Below, piece after piece: positions 9,091-16,970 of a stretch of 19,424 bases of DNA. The stretch comes from Verrucomicrobiota bacterium (GTDB lineage Bacteria > Verrucomicrobiota > Verrucomicrobiia > Methylacidiphilales > JBCCWR01): assembly GCA_039192515.1 (NCBI GenBank), contig JBCCXA010000045.1, positions 1 through 19,424 of the forward strand. The letters are read 5' to 3'. Made by a program: the position numbers and the translations under genes. How positions within the stretch are numbered: the stretch's first letter is position 1; the number at the start of each line of letters is the position of its first letter. The notes under the pieces are model-generated. The model made no database searches and was not told the origin of the DNA. It saw nothing but the letters and a program-made list of their open reading frames with translations.

Positions 9091-9717
9091 TTATAGAGGT
9101 GCTGTCTTTTTCGATTTGGTAATAGCGCGGACGATGCCTAACGTATCAAATCCTAGTTGCACGAGCATTTGAACAGGTTGTTTGTCTTCTTTTGCCCAAG
9201 AGATATAGGTCCAGTATTCATCAACAATGAGATCGTCAGCAGATGCTCTTGAGCCTTTTACATGATTGAGTGATTTGCCATTGGGCTCTCCTAAGAGGCT
9301 CAAGACTGCATTTTGGGTGGTTAAGCCTTTTTTTATCTCATCAATGTCAGTGATTAGGGTGTCGTGTTGATCTGGCTGGTAGCTGCTAAAGAAAAAGTAG
9401 GAATCTAGGACTTTCTTGGGAGCATCTGGTGGTTGATAAAAGACTAGCTCGAGGGAGCGTGCATCTTGGATGGTGCCCAACCAAATCTCAACATTGGCAT
9501 TGCTGAAGTTAAAGACATCAAATTCACCATCGTTATTTGAGATTGATTGAGTTGTATTCGGTTTACCTAGCAGAGCAATGGCTTGTTGAGGTGTTGTTGT
9601 GCCTAATGCCAAGCTAGATATAGAGTGATGATTGAAGTCACGACCTATTTGATTGGTGCTAGCACATGAGAGAAGCAGAACGGATAGGAGTATATAGTGA
9701 AGGGATAATCTTTTCAT
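9091..9717 (-). CDS. Putative lipoprotein (208 aa), function unknown.
   Basis: The N-terminus MKRLSLHYILLSVLLLSCAST carries a signal peptide and a lipobox (LLSC). Its ATG overlaps the proC stop by 4 nt (ATGA), suggesting translational coupling. The stop codon is TAA at 9091-9093. Confidence 0.65.
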   Translation of the reverse strand: MKRLSLHYILLSVLLLSCASTNQIGRDFNHHSISSLALGTTTPQQAIALLGKPNTTQSISNNDGEFDVFNFSNANVEIWLGTIQDARSLELVFYQPPDAPKKVLDSYFFFSSYQPDQHDTLITDIDEIKKGLTTQNAVLSLLGEPNGKSLNHVKGSRASADDLIVDEYWTYISWAKEDKQPVQMLVQLGFDTLGIVRAITKSKKTAPL

Positions 9718-10544
9718 TTGCTTTTGAGGTTCTTGCCAAGTTCTATAGAGCGGTTGTGGGCGGCCTGAAAAGCTTTTTCGATGATTTCTGAGAAGGAATG
9801 TTCCGAAAAGCTATTCAGGGCAGCTTCGGTAGTGCCTCCTTTGCTTTTTACCTGATCGATTAGATATTCTGGGGATTTCTCGCTATTTTCAATCATAAGG
9901 CTTGCTCCTTTCGCTGTTTGATTGGCAAGTTTGAGTGCTATATCTGGATCAAGTCCATGTTTGATAGCAGCTTGCTGCAGAGCTTCGATGAAGAGATAAA
10001 AATAGGCGGGTCCTGAGCCGCTAAGAGCAGTAACTGCATCGAGTTGTTTTTCTTCAACCTCAAAGACAAGGCCTACAGCCCTAAAAATGTCTTCCGTAAT
10101 AACTTTATCTGAGTCAAGAGCATATTGGTTGACAGCATATGCGGTAGCACCTTCTCCAAGAAGCAGAGGTGTGTTTGGCATGGTTCGTATGATGCGCGCC
10201 TTTTCCATGAGATGCTTTTCTAGGTAGTCGAGTGTGATACCAGCGGCAATCGAAATGATAAGAGCTGAGCTAACGGTGCTCGAGGATTTAATAGTGGGTA
10301 AGACGTCATTCATCTGCTGAGGCTTTACGGCAAGAAGGATGGTATCTACATCAGTAATGGTTTCCTGGGTACTATTTCTCCAGCAGTTTTGGCATTCAGG
10401 GAAGTTATTGAGGAATGAATCCTTGCTCCCATCATCTGTGCGCCCTGTAATCAGTATATCTGTAGGAGTAATAGCGTTTGTGTTTAGTAAACCTCTCACT
10501 ATAGCACTAGCCATACGCCCTGCTCCAATGAACCCTATCCTCAT
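9714..10544 (-). CDS. proC: Pyrroline-5-carboxylate reductase.
   Basis: The N-terminal Rossmann motif MRIGFIGAGRMASAIVRGLL and a length of 276 aa fit. The ProC-typical C-terminal dimerisation region is present (GGTTEAALNSF..). Confidence 0.88.
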   Translation of the reverse strand: MRIGFIGAGRMASAIVRGLLNTNAITPTDILITGRTDDGSKDSFLNNFPECQNCWRNSTQETITDVDTILLAVKPQQMNDVLPTIKSSSTVSSALIISIAAGITLDYLEKHLMEKARIIRTMPNTPLLLGEGATAYAVNQYALDSDKVITEDIFRAVGLVFEVEEKQLDAVTALSGSGPAYFYLFIEALQQAAIKHGLDPDIALKLANQTAKGASLMIENSEKSPEYLIDQVKSKGGTTEAALNSFSEHSFSEIIEKAFQAAHNRSIELGKNLKSK

Positions 10545-10744
10545 AATTTCTAGAGGTTAAAGGCTTTCCTTGGTGCTCCAAGCAGAATATTTCTAACATA
10601 ACTAAAAACTGGGTGATTTAGATATTGTTCTTAGTCATCGCACGCGCATCATTAGTGCTTTAAGGAAAGTGGCTAAGCAAGAGATGTTAGGCTTGTATGG
10701 AAGTGCTTTGTAGTAGGTGATTACTGCGTGAAAAAGCTACAAGG

Positions 10745-12700
10745 ATGATGGAAACAAAAGATTGGCATGAGTTGGTTTTTCTTGAAAACCTCGCTCAACA
10801 ATATCCTTCGCGTGATGCAGCTATTCTAGAGATAGCGGCTTTAGAGGCCCAGCTCAAGCTACCCAAACCAGTTGTTCATGTCATTAGTGATATCCACGGA
10901 GAGTATAAAAAGTTACGTCACGTGGTAAATAACGGTTCGGGTAAGTTGAGGCCTCTTATAGATGAACTCTTCTCTGAAGAAAGATCTGAAGTGGAAAGAG
11001 CAGAGCTTTTAGCAACCATTTACTATCCGATGGAACTTATGGATAGCTTAAGTCATATCATGAAGGGCTGTGATAGAAGGTTGCAATGGGTAAAAAAGAC
11101 TCTTAGGGCACAAATTAAACTCGCCAGGTATCTAGCAAGAGGCTTGAGGAATAAAGATGTGCTCGCTTTGATTGATAGAGAGTGGCGAGAATTTTTTTAC
11201 GAAATGTTATATGAGCCAGTAGCCGGTCGAGGCGAAATATACATGGATGCTAGAATTGCCTCATTAGCTGAGAATGATCGAGATCTAGCGGCTGTGAGAA
11301 GATGCTCAAGGCTTGTCCGAAATATTTCTACGCAAGAACTCATTGTAGCAGGTGATTTGGGGGACAGAGGCCCTCGGATTGACCGAGTGATTGATTTTCT
11401 TCAACGACTGCCCAGGGTGTCCATGCTGTGGGGCAATCATGATGTATCTTGGATGGGAGCCTGTCTTGGGCATGAGGCATTGATAGCGAATGTCTTGAGA
11501 ATATCGCTAAGGTATAGGCGTCTCTTTCAACTAGAAGAGGGCTACGGGTTATTGTTGCTTCCACTGGAACAGTTGGCTCAGAAAATATATGGGAATGATT
11601 CTGCAGAGAGATTCTTTTCTAAGGGTCATGGGATGCGTGATTCTTTATTGGTGGCTCGTATGCAGAAAGCAATTGCCATAATTCAATTTAAGCTAGAGGG
11701 GCAATTGACTCAGAAGTATCCAGAATGGGGGATGGAGGAGAGAAACCTCTTGCATCGCATCGACTATGAAAAAGGAACCGTTCAGATTGAAGGAAAAACT
11801 TATGAGCTTTTAGACACAGTTTTTCCCACAATTGATCCCCAAAATCCTTATGAACTCTCTGGGGATGAAAAATTATGCATGGATCGGCTCCGGCAAAGTT
11901 TTGTGCTTAGTAACAAGTTATGGCATCACATGTCTTGGATGGAGCGTATTGGTTCCATGTACACGGTCAGAGATGGTGTTGTCATTTTCCATGCCTGCAT
12001 GCCTGTAGATGAAAATGGGGAATGGTTAAAACTTGAAATTGATGGGCAAGAGGTGGCAGGGCGAAAGATGTATGATGCGTTTGATACTATTATCAGGCGC
12101 GCTTTTCGAAAAGGAGCGAACAAGGCTGACGATGATATTGATTGGTTTTGGTACCTGTGGGCTGCCCCCGATTCCCCTCTATTTGGAAAAGACAAGATGA
12201 CGACTTTTGAGGGTTATTTTGTTGCAGAAAAGGAAACACATATAGAGAAAAAGAATGCTTATTTTTCTTTGATACAGGAGTACCCATTTTGTTGTCGACT
12301 TGGCAGAGAAATGGGCGCTAGGGCTGAGGATGAAGTCCTCATTGTGAATGGCCATGTTCCCGTAAAAGTGGACGAAGGTGAGGAGCCGGTTAAACAAAGT
12401 GGCAATGCCGTGATTATAGACGGGGCGTTCTCAGAAGCTTATGGTGATAGAGGATACACACTAGTCATGGGGCCTCAAGAAATTACATTAGCTGAGCATC
12501 ATCATTTTGAATCCATACACGACGTGATTAAAAACGATCGAGATGTTATCCCTAAAGTCATGACTATCCTGCCTTATGAAAAGAGGCGCTTAGTTGAAGA
12601 TACTGAAGAAGGAGAGAAAATTAAAGAGCAAGTAGTTGCTCTTAAGCGTCTGGTATACGCCTATGATGAAGGATTAATTAGAGAAAAATCAGTGAAATGA
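10745..12700 (+). CDS. fbp: Fructose-1,6-bisphosphatase class 3 (Firmicute Fbp/YydE type, metallophosphoesterase fold), 651 aa.
   Basis: The size (~640-650 aa) and the N-terminal pattern LENLAQQYPSRDAAILEIAALEAQLKLPKPVVHVISDIHGEYKKLRHVVNNGSG match the class-3 FBPase signature (…SDIHGEY…NGSG). An internal metallophosphoesterase motif GDLGDRGP..GNHD is present. Translation may start at either of the tandem ATGs at 10745/10748. Confidence 0.8.
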   Translation: MMETKDWHELVFLENLAQQYPSRDAAILEIAALEAQLKLPKPVVHVISDIHGEYKKLRHVVNNGSGKLRPLIDELFSEERSEVERAELLATIYYPMELMDSLSHIMKGCDRRLQWVKKTLRAQIKLARYLARGLRNKDVLALIDREWREFFYEMLYEPVAGRGEIYMDARIASLAENDRDLAAVRRCSRLVRNISTQELIVAGDLGDRGPRIDRVIDFLQRLPRVSMLWGNHDVSWMGACLGHEALIANVLRISLRYRRLFQLEEGYGLLLLPLEQLAQKIYGNDSAERFFSKGHGMRDSLLVARMQKAIAIIQFKLEGQLTQKYPEWGMEERNLLHRIDYEKGTVQIEGKTYELLDTVFPTIDPQNPYELSGDEKLCMDRLRQSFVLSNKLWHHMSWMERIGSMYTVRDGVVIFHACMPVDENGEWLKLEIDGQEVAGRKMYDAFDTIIRRAFRKGANKADDDIDWFWYLWAAPDSPLFGKDKMTTFEGYFVAEKETHIEKKNAYFSLIQEYPFCCRLGREMGARAEDEVLIVNGHVPVKVDEGEEPVKQSGNAVIIDGAFSEAYGDRGYTLVMGPQEITLAEHHHFESIHDVIKNDRDVIPKVMTILPYEKRRLVEDTEEGEKIKEQVVALKRLVYAYDEGLIREKSVK

Positions 12701-12792
12701 AATATAAGGCTCAAGCTTGCATTTTCCTTGTCGAAATAGAAAATTGTTCGAGAAAAAGGCTTGGTCAGGAATATGTTGGGTAGTGTAAGATA

Positions 12793-13287
12793 ATGAAGTC
12801 GGGAAGTAAGGTGCGTAGTAAATCAGTAGTCGGTCGTCGTTCGAAAAAACCAACAGATTCCGTTCTAAAGGACAAAAAAGTCCTTATTGTAGATGATGAC
12901 GATGTTTGTTGTGTAGGACTCAAGAGAGTCTTGGCAGATTTAGGGATTCAAGCCAGCTCGGCAAATTCTGGGCGTCAGGGCCTTAAAGAGATCAAAAAAG
13001 GAACCTTTGACCTTGTTCTATTAGACGTCATGATGCCTGACTTAGATGGTTGGGAAGTAGCCAAGATGCTCCGCACTGGCAAAAATTATCCCGACGTAAG
13101 GCTACTTTTCATGACAGGTCTTATTGATTATAGCCAAGCTAAATGGCTTAATAACTGTGAGTCTGATAGGGACAAGATTTTTTCCAAGACATGTTCTCCG
13201 GATGAACTGCTTGCTATGATGGAATCCTCATTTAAAGAAGTCGATTCTAAGCCTAAAAAAAAAGCTACAGTGAGCTTAACTTCCTGA
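12793..13287 (+). CDS. Stand-alone response-regulator receiver-domain protein (CheY-like). It has a basic N-terminal extension and a short C-terminal tail.
   Basis: It has the acidic pocket KVLIVDDDD. The phospho-acceptor context is FDLVLLDVMMPDLDGWEV. It also has the conserved downstream pair T(103)/K(139) and no output domain. The N-terminal segment MKSGSKVRSKSVVGRRSKKPTDS is Lys/Arg/Ser-rich. Confidence 0.78.
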   Translation: MKSGSKVRSKSVVGRRSKKPTDSVLKDKKVLIVDDDDVCCVGLKRVLADLGIQASSANSGRQGLKEIKKGTFDLVLLDVMMPDLDGWEVAKMLRTGKNYPDVRLLFMTGLIDYSQAKWLNNCESDRDKIFSKTCSPDELLAMMESSFKEVDSKPKKKATVSLTS

Positions 13288-13576
13288 TGGCGTAAGGTCA
13301 TTGCGGAACTTTTGTAGAGTTTAGAAATTCATACCTTAAAATGCTATCCAGTATGTTCAAGAAACGAGCCTCCTTATGTGACCATGCGGCCCTAAGAATA
13401 TTAAACCTGAATGATGCGATCGAGACTAAAAGATCTGGGCGGGATTTTGTTCCTAAGAAACGTAGAGTCTCCTAGCCAATTCAAATGAATAGGCAACAGT
13501 GCCTCATCCAATCTGTCATTCATTAGTTTCACCAGTGAAAGTCTCGAGAGATCTGTGTACTTCCTTAGTACTTGGA

Positions 13577-13604
13577 TCCGTCTTGATATCAGGGGATCAA
13601 GACG
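13577..13604. other. Perfect 10-bp inverted repeat (CCGTCTTGAT-atcagggg-ATCAAGACGG) inside a 584-bp gene-free gap.
   Basis: Read directly from the sequence. There is no U-tract in terminator orientation on either strand (an A-run follows on +, and a T-run precedes on -). Confidence 0.4.
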
Positions 13605-13871
13605 GCAGAAAAATCTATGGATATTTCAATCTTACCAATACCCGGTAGAGTCGAGATATAACAAAAAATGGATGTTTAAAAAGAATTCGAAAATGCTCTA
13701 AGAATATGACTTTTGGGATATACCTTTGTCGACTCTCTAGTTCTTGTGGCTTAAACTTTCAGGTAATTTGTTCTGCACCTGCATCATCAGCTTTGGACCA
13801 CTGCTTCGCATGGAGATGAGAGCGGATACCAGAAAGAATAAGACTAAGGACTAATAAGATAGCGCGGCTAG

Positions 13872-14471
13872 TTATTCACCTACCGAGTAACGAGCAAAGC
13901 GTCTGATGATGATATTTTCTCCTAGCTCACCGATCTTTTCGTTAACGATATCCTGGATAGACTTATTCTGATCCTTAATGAAGGGTTGTTCTAATAGGCA
14001 AATCGTGCTGTAGAACTTATCTATCTTACCCGCAACGATCTTTTCAATGACATTAGCGGGCTTATCTTTTACTTGTGAGGCAGCAACTTCCTTTTCATCT
14101 TCTATGACTTTAGGGTCAACTTCCTCACGCTTTAGATATTGGGGATTTGCCGCGGCAATGTGCAGAGTAATATCTTTTACAAAATCACGAAAGTTATCGT
14201 TTTTAGCTACGAAGTCTGTCTCACAATTAACTTCAATAAGAACGCCAACTTTACCACCAAGGTGGATGTAAGAAGCTATCACACCCTCTGATGCGGCACG
14301 GTCCGCCTTTTTAGAGGCGCTTAAGTTGAGTTTCTTACGTAGAACTTTTTCTGCTTCTTCAAGATTTCCTCCGGCTTCTTCCAAAGCTTTTTTGCAGTCC
14401 ATCATGCCTGCATTAGTTTTATCACGAAGTTGCTTAACAGTTTTAGGGTCTATAGTTGCTGCTTGAGACAT
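13872..14471 (-). CDS. tsf: Elongation factor Ts, short form (199 aa).
   Basis: The N-terminal UBA-like motif is TVKQLRDKTNAGMMDCKKALEEAGGNLEEAEKVLRKK. The core motif is GKVGVLIEVNCETDFVAKN. It sits directly downstream of rpsB (conserved rpsB-tsf operon). An AAGGA sequence lies 6-7 nt before the ATG. Confidence 0.9.
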   Translation of the reverse strand: MSQAATIDPKTVKQLRDKTNAGMMDCKKALEEAGGNLEEAEKVLRKKLNLSASKKADRAASEGVIASYIHLGGKVGVLIEVNCETDFVAKNDNFRDFVKDITLHIAAANPQYLKREEVDPKVIEDEKEVAASQVKDKPANVIEKIVAGKIDKFYSTICLLEQPFIKDQNKSIQDIVNEKIGELGENIIIRRFARYSVGE

Positions 14472-14525
14472 ATGAATCCTTTTTAAAATTTATGATGTGA
14501 TGTTAGCGGGTATTGAAATTAAAAA

Positions 14526-15293
14526 CTAGGCAGAAATGGCTTCCATCTCTTCTTTGGTCGGTTCGTCTGATTCCTTCGGGGATTTTGTCGATGGTCTTGT
14601 TCCTTTATATTTGGACAAGCCTTCTTGGACTGCTGCCTTGAGATGCTCTAAAATAATACGAATAGAGCGGATTGCATCGTCGTTACAAGCAATCGGGTAA
14701 TCAATATCGGAAGGGTCAGCATTGGTATCTGTAAGTGCTACGATAGGTATATTCAATCTAAGCGCTTCTTTTACGGCAATTGTTTCTCGGCTTACATCAA
14801 CAATAACCAGCACCTTAGGTGGGGCTTCCATGTCTTGGATACCATCCAAGTAACGGTGTAGCTTCATGCTCTCGCGGCGTAAAGCAGAGATTTCCTGCTT
14901 AGTAGGAAGTGCTTTCATCTTGCCACTCTTTTCCATTTCATCAATCTCTCGCATGCGTGCAACACTGCGACGAATGGTGGGCAGGTTAGTTAATGTGCCG
15001 CCAAGCCAACGCTCGGTAACGTAAAAAGCCTCAGAATCTTGCGCTGCCTTTTTGACTGCTTCTTGAGCTTGCTTTTTGCACCCGACAAAAAGGATTTTGT
15101 TTCCATCGGACGCTTGTCCACGAAGAAAGCTGAAGGCATCAGCGATCTGGTCAGCGGTTTTGTTTAGATTAATGACATGAATGCCATTGCGAGCCTCGTA
15201 TATGTAAGGCTTCATGCGCGGGTTCCATTTATCAGTGCGGTGACCGAAATGGACTCCTGCTTCTAGTAATGCTTTTACATCCGGTTTGGACAC
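14526..15293 (-). CDS. rpsB: 30S ribosomal protein S2.
   Basis: MSKPDVKALLEAGVHFGHRTDKWNPRMKPYIYEARNGIHVINL is a near-universal S2 N-terminus. The start codon is GTG at 15291-15293, preceded by AAGGAG at 7 nt. The protein is 255 aa. Confidence 0.95.
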   Translation of the reverse strand: MSKPDVKALLEAGVHFGHRTDKWNPRMKPYIYEARNGIHVINLNKTADQIADAFSFLRGQASDGNKILFVGCKKQAQEAVKKAAQDSEAFYVTERWLGGTLTNLPTIRRSVARMREIDEMEKSGKMKALPTKQEISALRRESMKLHRYLDGIQDMEAPPKVLVIVDVSRETIAVKEALRLNIPIVALTDTNADPSDIDYPIACNDDAIRSIRIILEHLKAAVQEGLSKYKGTRPSTKSPKESDEPTKEEMEAISA

Positions 15294-15470
15294 AAATACT
15301 CCTTTACTTTATTAATTTATGATCCCTCTCACGGAGTGGACTTCTCTTTCTAGAGAATATAGTTGTTGTTATTGTGCTCGTTGAACGAGCGTTAATCCCC
15401 CCAGATTTTTTTCTGTCGACCTGAGAAACGAAGTGGCAGAAAATATCAGAACCATTCGACTTGCCAAGCA
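15294..15470 (-). promoter_or_regulatory. Candidate rpsB promoter and ~140-nt structured 5' leader.
   Basis: On the minus strand, TTGGCA (complement of + 15462-15467) is followed by a 16-nt spacer and TATTTT (complement of + 15440-15445). The leader contains the hairpins GCTCG-ttcaa-CGAGC (+ 15376-15390) and TTCTCT-agaa-AGAGAA (+ ~15340-15355). Long structured S2-autoregulated leaders are known for rpsB-tsf operons. Confidence 0.3.
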
Positions 15471-15602
15471 GAAATATTAGAAAAAAATAAAAAAATTGAT
15501 TAAAAGTCACGGAAGCGTGATCGATTTTAAATATAAGATCAGCTAATGCTGCTTATTTTGTTGTAGTATGGATAGTTTATTAAGTATTTTTGTGTAAAAA
15601 AA

Positions 15603-15630
15603 TTGACGTTTGTGAATAACTTCTTAATAA
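15603..15630 (+). promoter_or_regulatory. Sigma70-like promoter for the secreted-protein gene.
   Basis: TTGACG at 15603-15608 is followed by a 16-nt spacer and TAATAA at 15625-15630, about 8-30 nt upstream of the candidate starts. Confidence 0.3.
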
Positions 15631-15637
15631 CTTATCT

Positions 15638-16435
15638 TTGCGTGTTGAGTCTAGCATGGTTTGCTTTATGAAAAATTTTCAGTTATCAGCGAAATGGATT
15701 ATTCTATGGAGTATGAGTTATTTGCTCTTGCCAGAAGCTGTATTAAGTAATGAAGATACGAAAACTGTCCTGATGCTTGATCAGATCACTCTCTATTCAA
15801 ACTATCCTGTCAAAAGAGATATTATCACTACTTGTTTCTGGGTTGGTGAAGGTCGTAGCAGATATAGCCGCACTACAAATTACAAGAGCGCTTGGGATGG
15901 GTCTTGGACAAAAAACTTTGGCGGAACAGACTGTCCAGCTGATCGTTTTTCTTTTAACGACGGAAAGATCACCTTACCGGTTGAGTTCGCTCCCACTCTC
16001 AATCCTTTTTATGTGGCGCTTCCTTTTAACGATGTGAAATACCCTAAAACGGCTCGTAAATATGTGCCTTGGTGGAACGAATCTAAGCATCGAGAATCGA
16101 GATGGTCTTCTCAATGTAAAGGCCGTTGGGTTATGATTGAGTTCAAGGGGAAGGTATGCTTCGCTCAATGGGAGGATGTTGGACCGTTTCGATACGACCA
16201 CGTTTCTTACGTTTTTGGGAATGATCGTCCTCGGATCCATACGAGAGCTGGTTTGGATGTTTCTCCTGCAGTCCGTGATTACTTAGGGATGGACGGCTTA
16301 GACAAAACCAATTGGCGTTTCGTGGAAGATGATGAAGTGCCTTACGGTCCATGGATTGAATACGGCGAGCAAGCCATCATCTATTCAGTTATCAAAAATC
16401 AGGGTGCGGTTCAAACAAATGCCAAAGATCTTTAG
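15638..16435 (+). CDS. Secreted hypothetical protein (up to 265 aa). It may have an RlpA/expansin-like double-psi beta-barrel segment near the C-terminus (tentative).
   Basis: It has a hydrophobic signal-like N-terminus (MKNFQLSAKWIILWSMSYLLLPEAVLS; the true start may be the ATG at 15656 or 15668). The segment RWVMIEFKGKVCFAQWEDVGPF..DHVSYVFGNDRPRIHTRAGLDVSPAVRDYLG loosely resembles the V.V.N..NG.S..VR.NDRGPF...IDLS.AA pattern of DPBB proteins. A sigma70-like promoter lies upstream. Confidence 0.55.
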   Translation: MRVESSMVCFMKNFQLSAKWIILWSMSYLLLPEAVLSNEDTKTVLMLDQITLYSNYPVKRDIITTCFWVGEGRSRYSRTTNYKSAWDGSWTKNFGGTDCPADRFSFNDGKITLPVEFAPTLNPFYVALPFNDVKYPKTARKYVPWWNESKHRESRWSSQCKGRWVMIEFKGKVCFAQWEDVGPFRYDHVSYVFGNDRPRIHTRAGLDVSPAVRDYLGMDGLDKTNWRFVEDDEVPYGPWIEYGEQAIIYSVIKNQGAVQTNAKDL

Positions 16436-16475
16436 ATAACGAAGATAAGGATCTTAATTCGATGAGTTTGAGATT

Positions 16476-16913
16476 TCATTCGGCTTGATTGGTATCTAGA
16501 TTAGATATCAGTTCTTTGAGCATCTGTTCTTGGGCTTTTGGGTGGTTTTCATAATTTTGAAGTTGTTTCGGAGGAAGGATTTTAGACATAGCATCTAGTT
16601 TGACTTGCTGTTGCGCCTTTTGGTATTTCGTTGGATCATCTGAATTTTTAGTATACTGCTCAGTCAGTTCAGCATCTTGAGCCTCATATAAGGCTGCGTA
16701 GACTACGTCTTTTTATTCATCTGACGGATCGAATAAATTTTGTATTTGCATGAGTTCACTGTGGGCGAGTGTGTTTTTCGCAGTTGATTCTTCTTCTTTT
16801 CTAAGTTTTTTATACTTTTTGAATTGCTCGTTGGATAACAGGTTTTTGATGAATTTTCTCTCCGAGAACTGGTCAGAGGGTAGATCCTTTTGATTACCAG
16901 AAAACACGTTCAT
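16476..16913 (-). pseudogene. Small hypothetical gene (about 145 codons) interrupted by an in-frame TAA at codon 67. It is either a nonsense-mutated pseudogene or a sequencing error.
   Basis: The listed ORF 16713..16913 (66 aa) ends at TAA (minus-strand codon at + 16713-16715). The same frame continues open for 78 more codons (KDVVYAALYEAQDAELTEQYTKNSDDPTKYQKAQQQVKLDAMSKILPPKQLQNYENHPKAQEQMLKELISNLDTNQAE) to a TGA at 16476-16478. The composition (K/E/Q-rich helical) is the same on both sides of the stop. Confidence 0.35.
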
Positions 16914-16970
16914 GACTCTATCGGTATCTTCTATGAAATAGACTCGAACCCAGGTTCATAGCGATATCTC

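Noticed and set aside
8891-9172. 93-aa Cys/His-rich ORF (TTG start, GGAGG 10 nt upstream, a TTGACA hexamer at 8835-8840) in the gap between the lipoprotein gene and the yqiJ-like gene.
   Set aside because: Its last 82 nt overlap the 3' end of the lipoprotein gene on the opposite strand. It relies on a TTG start. The TTGACA has no matching -10 at the correct spacing. This region is expected to carry the minus-strand promoter of the yqiJ-flotillin cluster. It is kept only as a remote possibility for a small zinc-binding peptide.
10339-12397. Small ORFs antisense to proC (10339..10560) and fbp (11340..11564, 11926..12397).
   Set aside because: They are fully contained in strongly supported genes on the other strand and show no independent signals.
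15304-15510. 68-aa minus-strand ORF in the rpsB upstream region.
   Set aside because: It lies within the A/T-rich leader/promoter region, has low-complexity translation (FFYFFLIFLL…) and has no RBS. It is more likely non-coding leader sequence.
16700-16725. Suspected frameshift joining the two halves of the small minus-strand gene.
   Set aside because: Careful codon-by-codon translation shows both halves are in the same frame, separated by a TAA. It is reported instead as an in-frame stop.
16935-16970. tRNA T-loop-like motif GGGTTCGAGTC (minus strand) flanked by a perfect 7-bp inverted repeat CTATGAA/TTCATAG.
   Set aside because: No acceptor stem, anticodon arm or D-arm can be drawn. The inverted repeat encloses a 17-nt loop, unlike any tRNA arm. 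It is probably a chance match or a tRNA-derived remnant.
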